A stretch of DNA of 63,780 bases, filler included, from Bigelowiella natans CCMP2755 (taxonomy: Eukaryota > Protista > Cercozoa), in assembly GCA_000320545.1 (NCBI GenBank). It is 6 parts of 6 records of this genome, joined end to end, with 100 filler letters (N's around TTAATTAATTAA, not from the genome) between each part and the next. Parts side by side here need not be neighbours in the genome. Positions count along the whole stretch, not along the records: positions 48,205 to 54,380 come from ADNK01003176.1; positions 54,481 to 57,523 come from ADNK01001654.1; positions 57,624 to 61,313 come from ADNK01000070.1; positions 61,414 to 63,780 come from ADNK01001622.1; 2 more parts are not named here. One strand, 5' to 3'. Position 1 is the stretch's first letter. Each line of letters opens with the position of its first letter. Made by a program: the position numbers and the translations under genes. Shown one piece after another: positions 50,101 through 63,780 of this stretch. The notes beneath the pieces were generated by a model, which was not told the origin of the DNA, ran no database searches, and was given only the letters and a program-made list of their open reading frames with translations.

Positions 50101-51052
50101 ACATAGTAGGATTGTCAGTGATATTACGTTAAAGGAATAGGATGATTAACATAAAACATAAAATACGGCACACTCGTCGTTCCTCTCTCCCCCTCCCCAC
50201 CCCCCTTTCTCGTTTTGTCCATCGGATTTGCTTCTACATTGGAGGGCAGCATGAGATCGATGATAATTTCGCGCGCAAGGTTTGGTGCGTTGCTATTGAC
50301 GACGACATTTCCCATGATCAGCTGCAAGAAATGCCAACATGAGGGGGGGGGGAGAGGAAGAGTCAATGAAATGAAATCATATGCAATCTAATTCATAATC
50401 GATCATCAAGATTTCTATATTGTCAAAACGTGACTTTGTAAGCAAGAGAAGAAGAAGAAGAAGAAGAAGAAGACCTGATCGATGGCATTTGGATCGATTT
50501 TGGTCTTTGCAACCAATCCCTTCACTGCAGCTGCACCTAACGGATGCATAAAGAGTAATTTAATGACAAACACACTGACGAGTCACGGTGTAGCAACAAA
50601 GGCACATGCATGCATGTGCTATTGTCACGCACTATCGTTTCGCTATTATGTCGAACGATCACTTGTGTGTTATATCATTCAAGCGATGATGCCCAGATTC
50701 AATTCTCAGTCGCGGGACAAAAAGTCAAGGATTTTCGGTTGCGCGGGTTATTATTTTTCTACAGGATTCCGCATTCTTATCGCTGGGTGTTCTCTCCTAC
50801 CGAGAGAGATCGCGTTGTTCTTCATGATTGCCCCGAACGACTTCACGAAAGGCGTTCGAGCCCCGTCGACGATTACAGCCTGGACAGGGGATTGCTTCAC
50901 ACAGCAAGGGATACATTTATCTTCTTAGCCATTGATTGAAATGGTGTTATTGTTCAGATTACCCCTGTGGCGTTGACTCTCGCCTTTCGTTTGCCCTCCT
51001 CACTCACGTTGCTGGCTGCTATGTGGCGGCTGATGCGCTTAAGACGCTCCAT
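48280..51052 (-). CDS. 3-ketoacyl-CoA thiolase (FadI/trifunctional-enzyme-beta-like) with PTS2; 3' truncated by gap
   Basis: MERLKRISRHI, AVIVDGARTPFVKSFG, LIMGNVV..APNLARE, PGTTVSIACLS (catalytic Cys), PAIAERSTG|RTMG, RKDQ|DAFAIGSH, DDNLIR, KLKPAF, DGASAVLL. Confidence 0.88.
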
Positions 51053-52371
51053 TTTATCTTGTTCCTGTGAGTACATCCAAAATCATAAAAGCAAACACAC
51101 GCATTCATAACACATGAAATTCTTCCGGTACACACAGAAGACGTGTACGAACGGTGGAACAGCGGATGGGAGGGGGAGGTCCACCTTGGCCTCCCGTAGT
51201 TTTTGGTGAGAAATATCGGATTGTCGCAACGATAAAATAACCTAAATTTAAGCAGAAACTGATCCAACAGAATCTGTAAATCCCCGTATTCCCGGTGCTC
51301 GGGATGCGACTGCCGACGCGAGTACCATACTACTGTTATACCCCACATCGGGGAAATATCTTCTTTCTCACCTAGACGCCGGGGCGTACTGTCAAAATCC
51401 AGGAGGCTGTCTGCATTTTCTGCAGAGTGTGAATGACATTTCTTTCCTACTGAGCGACAACCTTCCATTCGCGCAAAGCAAAGATTTCCTGATTTCAGGA
51501 GAATTTCTATGAGTATGATTTGGCGTTGGTCTTTTTCCAATGACAATTTGGGGTAATTTCACCCAAATTAAACTGCCTGCTGCGACTACTGTACACGCTA
51601 AAAATTGCTACTCTGGTGCGAGAACGAGGCCAAATTGCATCGAACAAACATCGGAGAGTACTGATCAGTTCGTGATGTATGATTCGAAGTAGTTCTGGTT
51701 TCCTTCCTCACTTCGAACTTCTCAAGCGTGCTTCCTGAAAGACCAATTTCCACGTTGAGACAGATATTCGGTGCTTGATATTTGGGGAAATGCCCTGTGT
51801 TTTGGTGTGTGTTTTTCATTATTCCCGTTCGTTGCTTTCACACTCTTACGAGTCCTCATTCCCCCCTCTGCCGGTGTGTTTCGTTGTTGATCATCGCCCC
51901 CCCTTCCTTCTGCTCTGTGACATTTTGTCCGCCTTGCATGAATTCTTTAACACGACTGTATCATTTTGTGGAAGTACAATTTTTCTGCGTTCGTGCTTGC
52001 GTGCCTCGATTGGTTGATGGACTTAATTGAAGGCACGTTTCAATGTCAAAATGCTCCAGGACTACTTTAAGCTTTACCTTAGTTTTAGTCAGCTCATCAA
52101 TTTTGAACCCTTCGAGATTACATCTTTGGCTCAAACACATTCGGATCTGGGAAGGGGGGGAAGCTATATCGAAATTCTGAAAACTTGCTTGAATAAAATA
52201 CCACGCAGGATTCAACTCCAACGGAAACATAAACAAATGCGGATTGTTTCAGCTCTGTTTGCGTTTCTGACTTTTTGTGCCACGGGCCTTGCCCTTGTTG
52301 GTACGTAGCATTGCTTATTATTCGTGAGGAGATTTGCGGGGTGTGTCCTTGAGCAGCTGTCGACATCATCA

Positions 52372-52949
52372 TCATTGTTGATCATCATTATTTCTTTGCT
52401 TGTTTCTTTGCTTTAATTTCCCGCTATTTGCCTGCGAATCGATGATAGGGACATTCATCGATACGCCTTTTCCGTGGTCAAAGGTGGAGTTCGAAGGCAC
52501 TCTAGCGGCCATCCAAGGAAATGGACAGAGCTCCCAATCGACTTGTGAGGGAACCCTCCTGCTCGGCCTCGCTGAGTTCAAGGTTTTGAGCTCGATTTTC
52601 GCATTCTGAGTTCTCCCTTACCCAAAACTCCTCTCCTCCGACATCGCACGGCTATATCGTCGCGTGACCTATCCTCCTGTTTGATACCTGGTGCAGAAAG
52701 AATATAACTGTCCGTTTGGCCTGGAAAACACCGAGCAGTCCTACTATCTTGATTCAGCATGCGAAGACTGTGTGTATACTAACGATGAGTGGCCCACCCA
52801 CCCACCCCTGATTATTCACATAAAACACTAAAGTTGCATGTGGGGGTACACACAAGACACGAGAGGAGGAGAAGGGGGGAGGGGCGAAGAGAGAATAGAA
52901 AACAATTAGAAAACAAGTCTAGTACTCCCCTCAAAAATGTATGCGCGTG

Positions 52950-52988
<39 letters not shown>

Positions 52989-53343
52989 TCAACCCTGCAG
53001 CTCCACTTATCGCCATAGCTCCACTCTCTCTGAGAACTTGATACTACTACGTCTATCCCATGCCCCTGATCTTCATCATCACAGCCTTCGAGCAAACGAC
53101 GTGCGAAGTGTGCATCGTCGGGGGGCTCATATCAAGTAAGCAGCAGGAGCGCAACACGGAAGAATGAACGGCCATACCACGCAGCTGCTGCACCCAACAC
53201 TCACATGCACGGATATGCAACACGTTTGGGACAGGAAACGGAGGGAGAGAGGGGGTTTTAGAGAAAAAATGGCATTTATAGCAAATAGGGGGGGTGAGGG
53301 GGGGGGATTGATACACACGCGGATGGATGAATATGAACGACAT

Positions 53344-53383
<40 letters not shown>

Positions 53384-54115
53384 TAAACGTGCTATTGCAA
53401 AAGTGTATTTCCCAGTCTCACAGCAGCGGCAAATTCGTTAGTCGGATTTCTACTCATCGCATTGGTGGTCTCCCTAATGGCACTCGGTGCTATCATGGCA
53501 CGAGGTATATTTGTGTTTACTGCTGCTGTTGCTGCGTTCGCTTTCCACCCCCCCACCTCCCTTTTCCCTCCTCTTGAGCTACGACTGTCGTTGGTCTCAT
53601 TGACTCCTGTGTTTGGCAGATGATGAAGACGATTCTCCCCAAAAGGCCGTGAAAAGCAACGTCATGACGTTTGTTGTGTTTTTACTTACCGGAGGAAGGT
53701 GTGTTCGAAATCCCCGAGTCAATAATGAAGGAGACGAGGAAAGAAAATGTTACAGAGTCTGGCATGCAGTCCTTCCCCCCGTTCCCGCCCCCCAAGACAT
53801 TGTTCTAATGATTTTTCTTCCTCATTGTCATGATTGCTTACCCGACATCAATACAATATCATCCACTTATTAGTTTTGCCGTGTGGAGGGTCACGTGCCG
53901 TGAGAATATACAGGTTATTGTCGTCATAAAAAAATTGTATGGAGGGGTAGCTGGCGTGCTTTGTAAAGCCTGTGAGAGCAAGCTTGTCAACCTGCCCAGT
54001 GACTGGAGAGTTATTGCTTGTCGTCGCACCTGACGTTGTCCCTGTATAGCTACTCAAATCGAAGTAAATGGGGAACCGCCGTTGCTCGCCGGTTCCCATA
54101 AGACAGCGGCGGATA
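52372..54115 (-). CDS. Hypothetical multi-exon protein
   Basis: Protein-like open segments alternate with SSR-rich intron-like stretches. No family recognised and boundaries are uncertain. Confidence 0.3.
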
Positions 54116-54480
54116 GGAGAGCAGAGAGGGAGAGGGGGGGGGGGCGGGGGGAGAGCATAGGCACGTCGCAGTCAGGGCCGTTATGCAAATCAGCCAATTT
54201 TACCCGGGAAATTCAACGTGCTGCCATCTTATATATGTATATATAGAGAGAGTGATAGTCGCACATAGCTCAGGGGGGGGGGGAAGGGAACAAAATGGGA
54301 AAAAAAATTTCAATATTCACATTGGTTATCGAAATAAAAAACCGCATGGCGCAAAAGATAGGATGGAACCTTTTTGGTTTNNNNNNNNNNNNNNNNNNNN
54401 NNNNNNNNNNNNNNNNNNNNNNNNTTAATTAATTAANNNNNNNNNNNNNNNNNNNNNNNNNNNNNNNNNNNNNNNNNNNN

Positions 54481-55430
54481 CAGGCCGTGATGAGGCGTCT
54501 GCCCTCCGGTGTCCACACGCAACAGTGCATTGGGGAACGCTGCTTGTTGATCGATGTGTGGATATATCTGGGAAGCAGAGATGGAAGAAGAAGAAGAAGA
54601 AGAAGAAGAAGAAGAAGAAGAAGAGGAAAAAGAAGAGGAAGAAGAAGAAATGAGGAGAAGCCAGAAACAGCGGCAACCGATTGCCCTTTTAATTCTAACG
54701 TTTGGGTAGAAGTTGAGGATATGTGTATATGTGTATGTGTGTGTGTGTGTGTGCGTGTGTGTGTGTGTGTGTGTGCGTGTTTCAAGTCTATGCAGCATGA
54801 CGCACGTCTGCCTGTGAATCTAAGCGTTCTATTTATCCATTCAACAAAAGAAAAAGGCGATGGAGATTGCCCTTTCCCCTGTCACAACTCAATTCGTTCG
54901 AGGGACACATTATCACGCCCCCCCCCCCCCCCCGCCCTGGCGCACCTGGTACAGAATGCCTGCGCAGGATTGTGGTATGCAAAAATAGGCTCCGTCTCTA
55001 TCTTCGACTCTGGAACTGGTAAGGGTTTGCGTCTGTCTCGAGCATCTCGCTGAAATATCCGCTTGCGCAGGTGCTGAATTACCGGCGCACAGAAATCGAT
55101 GGCCTTCCGGTTCGTCTTGACGCTGAGAACAAGAGGAGAGGGGAGGGGGTGTGTCATGCGTGGGTGATTGTGCAAGACCCGGAAAAGGTCCCGGAAAAAA
55201 GCAAAGAATGACTTCTGGTTGGACGCCATCTCATTCTCTCACGCAGAATACCCTCGAGGCCTCCTCGCTTGCTGGTGATACTGGGAGGGGGCGCCCATCC
55301 CCCGGCCGACTTGGTTGATAGTCACTCGCCGATACCGACTAAAGTTGTTGTTGTTGTGATACCCGCCATAGCCTCTACCCCCTCCGCCTCCGCGGCCGCC
55401 CCCGCGGCCCCTCCCTCGTCCGTAATCCAT
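54481..55430 (-). CDS. WDR33: pre-mRNA 3'-end processing WD40 protein WDR33/Pfs2/FY, N-terminal part with RGG tail; truncated by gap
   Basis: NRKAIDFCAPVIQHLRKRIFQRDARD..NPAQAFCTR|YIHTSINKQRSPMHCCVWTPEGRRLIT matches the WDR33 N-terminal signature. Confidence 0.92.
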
Positions 55431-56080
55431 GATCAACCGAGGTCTTGAGTGTGTGCACCGAAAACTGTCTAGGGGAAAGTAATTGGATGCTAAAAATAGG
55501 TGCGACAACAAAATAATCATGTCGCTTTCGATAATCCCAGAAAGCTACTTTTACAATCCCTTTCTTAGCGAACGACATCTTTAATTTATGTCGCAATTAA
55601 CATAATTCACGCATAAACTGCATTTGGACGTGTTAACTCATTTTTTGGGTTCAAGACCCCTGTCGTATTTATAAAAAGGATTACATTTTACGTCCGAATA
55701 AAACCTGCGACAACAGCGACGAGCTCACATCAGCACCGCCCACTTGCACAGCGTATCGGTCGTTACCGATTATTTGAATTCCGCCCCATTTATGTCCTTT
55801 TTGACTTTTATTAAATATTTTACAACCAAAATCGCCTGTATTTATTACATTTTAAGTAGTATATGCCCATCTATTTGGGTCTTAAGAGACTGCCCAGAGC
55901 CCAGTCACCTTTTACCCCCCTCCTCTCTTCTTGCTGAGAGTTCTCGTTTTTGAATAGAAGCTGATCCTGTTTTGGATCCAAAACCAATAGAAAGAGGTTT
56001 GCGTGCTTCTTCGAATTGGCCAGCGCACACTCCCTAACAGCCCCCCCCCCCTCTTGGCAGGAAACGTCGACGGAGAAATC

Positions 56081-57425
56081 ATGAGCGCGAGCGTGGCACA
56101 GGCAAACGGAAGGAAGAAGGCAGAAGAAAAGGATACAACGGCGGAGATAACGAAGAAACCTCGTTCGTGCATGGACACGTTGACATTCTACGTGTACGTC
56201 TTGGGCATTTGGATATCTTTTCTGGTTCGTGACGATGCATACTGATGCCGCGCGTGTCGCGTGGGCTACTCGCGATGGACTTCTTGCATGCAGAGCATGT
56301 TTGGTTCCCAATTGAACGCGATTTCGTCTGCGAGAGCGAACATGCAAGCACAACACACGCGTTTGTTCGTAAATGCAACCTTGAGACGTATGCGTACTCG
56401 TTTGGTCAAAGATGCCGTTGATCGGCTCAAGCCCCGCCCCCCTCTCCAATAATGAAAGAATTTGTGGCACTTAGGTCTTTGGATGGACGCAAGAAGCTCT
56501 CGCGAAGGAAGACTTCGATGTAAGGCAATTGCAGCATGGAGACTGTTGACTGTGCAATAGGCACGGCGTGTAGTAAGAGCAACCCCGATGATGATGATTT
56601 CGTGAGAATTTCATTAATTATATCCACTGCTACAGGGAGATACGTTCCACTTCACTCACACACAAGTCTTCCTGCAAAGCGTTGGCAACATGATCGTTGC
56701 GGTGAGTATTAACCACACTGCCAACCAACCGATCAGACTGAACATTCGGATGATGATGCGCCAAAAGAAGATGCTTTGGTTTTGAATGTGTAGATGTATG
56801 TGCTTTCCCTTTCTAATCGGAAACCTGTTGTTATATTAGTTTGCTGCAATCTTGCTTGAGTGCAGCCTCTCAAGCACCCCTCTGACCCTCAACGCCGGTG
56901 TGTCCCTCCGCCACTGGCTAATAGCTTCGCTGGGTTACCAAGGTGCGACCAGAAAATACCTGCATTCTTCGTCCTATCGATAGCGCGGCGTCTTGCGGAT
57001 CATCTACACAACAAGCCATTCTAATCTTCATTTACAACATCACATTTTCTACTCCTCCGCCCCCCCCTCCCCCCCGCCCCCGCTCGCTCTCTCGCTGTGT
57101 CCAGGCGCCCATTTTTTCGGGCTGCATTCGCTTCAGTACGTGTCCTTCCCTGTGCAGATCGTGATAAAGTCATGTAAGGTAACTTGAGGACGATGCTCTC
57201 ATCGTCTTGAGCATTTACCGAAATGAGGCGCGCAAAGACAGACAGAGAGAGGGGGGGGGGGAGGGAGAGAGCGTGGAAACATACACACAATTTTTAGCGT
57301 AATAGAATATAAGCGTTTGTGTTGTGGTATATGAGCTTGCCGATGCCTTTCCACCCCCCCCTCTCGGTCAATTCCATCAGACTGTCCCTGTTCTTATCGG
57401 TGAGGTGCTAATCGCTGGCGAGAAG
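56081..57425 (+). CDS. Nucleotide-sugar (UAA family, SLC35B1-like) transporter, 5' part; truncated by gap
   Basis: VFGWTQE, FHFTHTQVFLQSVGN, SLQYVSFPVQIVIKSCK|TVPVLIG. Confidence 0.82.
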
Positions 57426-57623
57426 GTGAGTGGAAAATCGTTTTTCCTCCTCCTCCTCCTTCCTTCCTCCTCCTCCCTCCCTCCCTCCTCCTCTTCGTTT
57501 TCCTCGTAGCATGCTAACCATTGNNNNNNNNNNNNNNNNNNNNNNNNNNNNNNNNNNNNNNNNNNNNTTAATTAATTAANNNNNNNNNNNNNNNNNNNNN
57601 NNNNNNNNNNNNNNNNNNNNNNN

Positions 57624-58842
57624 ATCCTCGGCATTCGTTACTCACGAAGTCGCCCGTGCTCCCCTGCAAATAGAGCTTCAAATATGAGGAGGGGGGAGGG
57701 GGGAGGGGGGAGGGGGCTGGAGCGTACTTTCTTTTCAAGAAAAAGTGTGAGTGGTGGAAACATCTACAGCTACATCGCTCATCTTGTTTGACTGTTACTT
57801 TAAGATCGAAGGTCTGATCTATTCGCTTCTTTGCAACCAAAGCCATACCCCCTGCAACGGCGGTGTGCAGTAGCTCAGTATTATTTTATCGATCTCCAAA
57901 ATCTATATTTCGCTGCATTTAAGACATCCTCCCCTCATCATTTAACTCATGTTAAGCTTGTCATATTGTGTCGCTAACACTGGCATTTGCTTCACGTATG
58001 AATGAATCTCAAAATAAGTACCTTTAGCTGCATCTAAAGGCCCTCCCCCCCCCACTCCCACGCACACGTCGCAGCTGAAAATCGTATTCAATCATTGCAA
58101 TATGAGGCTTGCTGGTAAAGGTGGCACTTGACGTGTAAAAAGTAGATTCGGCTCTCTCTTCGTGGGTAAATCGATAGCTTTCTTCATTACGACATGCTTG
58201 TCAGTATTCGAACTGGAGTTGTTGCAGTGGCCATTACTCATTCTCCAGAAAGGCTTGAGCAATTCCTGCAATGTCCGCAACACCGGGGTTTGGGACACAC
58301 TAAATCGCACCGATCGAGGGCAAAAAAAGAAGTAGTTACGGAGGATCCCTGCAGTCAGTACGTAGCAACGATGCGGTGGTTGCATAAATCGTTCTTGGAT
58401 GAGAAATAATGGTCATATCGCCGTATCCTACGCACGATGTGTGTGTGTGTGTGTGTGTGTGTGCTCTACCTCTGCAAACACTGCGGTGGAGAACCCGAAG
58501 CCTTGCTCCATTTGGCCCTGAATATCTCCCAGCATTCCCAACTTATGAATGCCTGCATCCGTAACCAACAGTGGTTTACTATAACCCAGGTCTTTCAGAG
58601 CGGAAAACATATCCTGCCACAGGTATATCATTTTTTGTTAATGTTCGTTTATGTCCGACTGCTGCGACGGATTCCATTCGCATGGGGAGGCGGAATGGGG
58701 CATGCGTGAAGGATTGGTAGGGCCCGGTTGAGATAGTATCACTTACATTTAGCGACTCTGTCCCAGCGAAAACTGTCTGATCTGCAAACTCGAGCACGTT
58801 GGACTTCAAATCGAAATCAGTCGAGGGCTGATAGGGTACCAT
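57624..58842 (-). CDS. Iron-containing alcohol dehydrogenase, 5' part; truncated by gap
   Basis: KPLLVTDAGIHKLG, VFAE|CVPNP, CDVCVGVGGG..LDAAK|GMALVA. The poly-C run near 58045 is ambiguous in length. Confidence 0.85.
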
Positions 58843-59785
58843 ATATTATTTGTGGATGAAAGATAATAGTGCTCTTACTTCTTGATTAACATCAAAACAA
58901 AGCGCAAGTGCGAGGGGGAATAGCTAAGTCACTTCTACTTTGTGCCCCACAGCCGCGGCGCTGAGGAATCTTCGAGCAGGCCGAAGCCCTGCGAGTCCTT
59001 TCTTCGACGCCATTCGGAGCATCGCCGATACTTAAAATTAAGATATAGCCGTAGCATTGACATCATGAGAAATCGTAAAATGAATGCTATTTTCGTTTAA
59101 AATAATACTCTCTGAAGATTTGAGAATATAAATATCCTATCTTCCGGCGCGGTGTTTCCGTTCAGACATTCCCCGCACGAAAACCTGCCACATCACCATC
59201 GGCTCCCTTTCTCAAGAAAACAGTGATTTTTGAATGTCTTCGATTTAGAAATTTAGTATATTTTTAGATATATCGCCAAAGATAAATCCGTAAAAATATT
59301 ATCGAATTGCCGCGAGGTTCGTCTCTGCGACATATGTTTTCACCGGTTCTAGGCTCTACGACACGGATGAAGAATCTCCGCGTACCCGAATCACACGCGA
59401 TCGACGCAACTCACGCGTGGGGCGGGAACGAATTCCGATATTTACTGCCATTTTTAGACTTAAGAACAACGATAATATTTGTCGCTTTTGAAAAATGCCA
59501 TCAGATTTCAAATCGGAGGCTTTAAATCCCCGTCGTTTTCAGTACCCACCACTCCCACAAATCAGCAGGTAGAGCGACGTAATCTGTAGCTGTTTCGCCC
59601 CCTCCCCCTCCCCCCCTCTCCCTTTTTGGAACGGCATTGTTCTATTGTTATCTGATGATTCGTATATTAGCATGAGCCACATTTTTTGGACGCGTAGTTA
59701 AGATCAGAGATTCTCCCGTCGATCTCAAATAACTGTCATCTGCTCGCGGAACTTAGCTAGGAAGGACAGCAGAGCGAATTGAAAC

Positions 59786-60917
59786 ATGGCGACCTTACCA
59801 CATCATGTGTCTTTATTCATCAGTAAATCAGACGCGAGATGTGTACCAAGAACTGTTGCTCCTTTATCGTACTCCTCGTCGCTGTCGGCGCAGGGGTGAG
59901 AGCAAACACATGCTTGCTGTAACACACAGCTTTGGGCATGAAAATATTTGCGCGACTACTACACTGAAGACTAATAGCAGCCAACATCATAAGAACCACA
60001 AGAAATAACACACAAATACGCATCCGCATGAGCAAAACAAACTCAAACGCACACGCAGATAAACACACTGAAACCCGAACACCGTATAATTTAGTTTCTC
60101 TTCATGGACGGCCACCATGGTGTAATGGATCTTATAAAGTCTAACATCAGTGACCGGTGTGTGAAACAAGGGGAATGGTGGAAGTTTCTTGGGTTTGGGA
60201 TGGGTCGGGCGTCAACTCACGGTCTCTGCTAGCAGTGAATAAATAGTTTTGCAGTTCCGCCCAGCTGCCATATGCGCCGTGTCGATGTCAATTAAAAAAA
60301 AATGTTTTTCCTCTTTCAGGACTCGTATCGGAAAATATGATAATGCCCACAAGGTGAGAGTAATGGCGATGACAATTACATAGACACATCATTCTGTCGG
60401 GTGCTGATAGATTCACGCGCCGCCTTTCCTACATCTAATACGATTCTTACTCTGCACCTCCTTCTTCTTCTTCTTCTTCCCCCTTCTTTCTTCCTTTCTT
60501 CCCTCCTTCCTTCCTTCTTTCCTCCCTTCTCCGCGTCAATCAGACCGATGGGGAGCTGAGTCACAACGACCAGGAGTATACCAACATGTACTATGACCTT
60601 GCAACGGATTTCTACGAATACGGTGGGAAAGAGAGAATGAATGCAAGCGTTAATTCCTGCAAGCGTTAATTCCTGAATACGTTCGAGAAAGGAATTGTTG
60701 GAGTGTTGTGCTCCACAGCTCGTGCCTTTGTTGACTGACTGACGTGTTGCTCGCCATGCGAACTCAGGATGGGGTCAATCTTTTCACTTTGCTACGATGT
60801 TTGAAGGCGAGTCTTTCCATGAGGTAGTATTACTACTAGTAGTAATATTAGTTCGTGGCAGCATAGTAGTAGGCTCCCCCTTTTCAGAGAGGGTGATTAT
60901 AGATATACCAACTCTAT

Positions 60918-60970
<53 letters not shown>

Positions 60971-61099
60971 GCTTGCTCGCTCTCTCTCTCTCTCTCTCAC
61001 ACATACACACATACACACGCACATGACGCACATGTAGAAGCGCGCGCGCGTGTGTGTGTGTGTGTGTATTTATTGAGCTCGTAGGTGCCTTTGACCTGC

Positions 61100-61148
<49 letters not shown>

Positions 61149-61235
61149 GTATTTATATTTATACGAATACAACAGCACATTCGCCGTCACGAGTACTACC
61201 TTGCAAGCAAGCTCGACATCAAGGAGACTGATATC
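59786..61235 (+). CDS. SMT1: Sterol C24-methyltransferase (SMT1/ERG6), 5' part; truncated by gap
   Basis: YYDLATDFYEYG|WGQSFHFA, GESFHE, IRRHEYYLA. The start exon is uncertain. Confidence 0.9.
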
Positions 61236-61443
61236 GTAGGAGTGGACTAAAAAGGGCGATAAAAACATCTAACACGAGATGCTTTGAGGGGGTCTTCGGG
61301 GGGGGGGGGGGGGNNNNNNNNNNNNNNNNNNNNNNNNNNNNNNNNNNNNNNNNNNNNTTAATTAATTAANNNNNNNNNNNNNNNNNNNNNNNNNNNNNNN
61401 NNNNNNNNNNNNNCACAGCAGTTGTGGTTGTAAAATCGATGAT

Positions 61444-61491
<48 letters not shown>

Positions 61492-61533
61492 AATATGCAT
61501 ATATAGGGTCTCTGTAACAAGCCATTGTGTTAC

Positions 61534-61763
61534 CTAAGCCCTCTGCATGCGCCATGTCCTTAGATTCAGGAAACTGCGGATAGGAGGAGGGGGAGGCCGA
61601 CAAGGCGGAGGAGAGCCTTGCTACCGTCGCCATCAAAGCATCCACCCGCTTCTCGCGCTCGGCCTCGCGCTCCTAATTTGCCCATAACACGCACACAGAT
61701 TATGAAGTGAGATAGATAACGAAAGATGCACAAAGAGATTGCATAGAAGTAAATGCGCGCGCG

Positions 61764-61806
<43 letters not shown>

Positions 61807-61829
61807 TCGCTCTCTCTTTCTCTCTTTCT

Positions 61830-61871
<42 letters not shown>

Positions 61872-62529
61872 TCTCTCTCACACACACACACACACACTAC
61901 GGTGTCTGCAACGAATACACTTGTAACTACTCCTTAGATGAGGCGAGATAAAGTACCTGCTGCTGCTTCGCGTTTTGGGACCAGATGTCCTTCCACTCGG
62001 CCCATTTGCGCTCGCTTTGCTTCTGGATTTCCGCCATGTTGCGGCCATTTTGCTTCAGTTCCCCCCGCAGCTTACGAATGGCCTCCAGCGAATCGCTCAC
62101 CTTCGGTTATGGGAGAGAACGCGCTTCTCATCATTCATCATCATCACCATCATCATCATCATCCACATATTGATTTCGTCAAGGTGCCGGTCGGTGGGAG
62201 GCAACGAAAGAGCGATTATGGAGAGATTCAGAGAGGAGGAGGAGGAGGAGGAGGAGGAGGAGGAGGAGGGATATTATTTGTAACAACAACAACAACAACA
62301 ACCAACGACCTGCTTCCTCTCCTTCTTCAACTGCTCTGCTAGCTTCAGCGCCTCTCTTCGCTCCTGGTTCTTATGGCGCTGGAGACCTGCGATCTCCCTT
62401 GCCTGCGACTTGATCGTGCTGCTTTGGCTCTCGCACAGGTCATTGAAGGCGGACAGCCGTTTGGAGAGATCGGTGTTCTGCCGTGTGAGCTGCTCAACTT
62501 GACTCGACATCTGGGTAGTAGTACATTGA

Positions 62530-62570
<41 letters not shown>

Positions 62571-62598
62571 CGTTATCATCTGGGTAGTAGTACATTGA

Positions 62599-62637
<39 letters not shown>

Positions 62638-62720
62638 CGTTATCATCTGGGTAGTACATTGAATATTACACACACGCACACACACACACACACATCGTTA
62701 TCATCTGGGTAGTACATTGA

Positions 62721-62761
<41 letters not shown>

Positions 62762-63242
62762 CGTTATCTAATATCATACAATACTTTAAGAGTCAGGGGG
62801 GTGGGAACCCTCGATATCGACAACTATCATCGCATCCCCCGGATCCCCCGCCCCGCCGCCGCCGCCCTCCTCTCTCTCTCTCTCTACTTCTCTCACACCT
62901 TTCTCTGCTTCTCCAGTACCGTCTTCAGCGCGCTCTGAACCGACTCATGAGCGCTTTTGACCACCATTTTCTGGGCGGTCGCTTGTATGGCCCTTTGGAG
63001 CTTGCCGGTCTCCTTGGCGAGGAGCTTCCCCGTGGATTCCTTCAAGTCCTCCCTGGCACGGTCCACTATCGATCTCGCGTATAGCTACGAGACGCGTAAC
63101 AACCAACAGCAAGAGGAAACAAGAGTGAGCTGCTTTCAATTGGCACTTCAGAAGGCAGGCCGTTGTGTCGGTTCGATTACTATTGTTGTCATTATCATTC
63201 TTTCTTATCCTTTTTAATATTTGGGATTTTCCGCTTTGTTTG

Positions 63243-63286
<44 letters not shown>

Positions 63287-63460
63287 ATCGAGGTAGACCA
63301 GAGGCGGGAAGGGGTAGCAGCAGCGGTACCTTGTTTTTCTTGTCGCCGGCCTTACGATTTTCTGTTTCGATCTTGAGGTCAGCGCGGAGGGCGTTGTGCG
63401 CTTTCTCTACCTGCCCCATGCAGTCCGTGGAGACGAATCGACGAAGATCCTCCACCTGCC
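61534..63460 (-). CDS. Hypothetical coiled-coil protein, internal exons
   Basis: Heptad-rich exons (QVEQLTRQNTDLSKRL.., AREDLKESTGKLLAKE.., EREAEREKRVDAL) with GT-AG boundaries. Confidence 0.55.
62508..62770. repeat. Intronic minisatellite, 4 units of CATCTGGGTAGT(AGT)ACATTGAATATTA(CA)nTCGTTAT
   Basis: Direct observation. Confidence 0.9.
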
Positions 63461-63780
63461 ATCAATGCACGTTCCGTGTATGTTTGTGTGCGTGTGTGTG
63501 CGCATATGAGAAAGAAAAAGTGTTGCGAGCAGAGGCCAATCTCCTCCCCCTCCTCCCATTCCAACAATGGTATCTGCGACCACTGCACCCCCCCCCCCCC
63601 CCCCAGCCTCCTAAGGGACGGTACAAAATTATAGGATTTTCGTCGAGGAAACCCAAGTAAAACCGCTCGGAATCTATTATCTTTTAAGGGATACAGCACC
63701 ATGTGACTTAGACATCAGCCCGCGTCTAAAGGTTTAGGCGCACCCATCCACGCACTCATCTAAATTGGAGCTGTAACAAA

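Overview
Eukaryotic nuclear DNA, intron-rich and microsatellite-rich, made of six contigs joined by 100-nt N/TTAATTAATTAA/N spacers. Bipartite signal+transit leaders on several proteins suggest an alga with a secondary plastid, possibly a chlorarachniophyte (inference). By manual splicing I recognise these genes: NAA25/MDM20 (3' part), a large fucosyltransferase-like + PAN-like + EGF + GH43-like propeller fusion, a CRPC thioredoxin-domain protein, SETD7, a Nup98 N-terminus with a signal-peptide leader, a cation-chloride cotransporter, PRUNE/PPX1, an NDR kinase, class II DAHP synthase, aminopeptidase N, a PTS2-bearing thiolase, WDR33, an SLC35B1-like transporter, an Fe-ADH and sterol C24-methyltransferase, plus some hypothetical genes. 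The most striking signal is non-genic. Several 1-2.6 kb intergenic domains have lost almost every TpA dinucleotide, the survivors are mostly inside CTAG, and CpG is retained. An inverted copy of the DAHP-synthase 5' end inside one domain shows that the TpA sites were converted to TpG or CpA on both strands. This looks like a RIP-like, A-to-G, TpA-directed hypermutation process acting on repeats and intergenic DNA. All counts are manual and approximate; no database searches were run.
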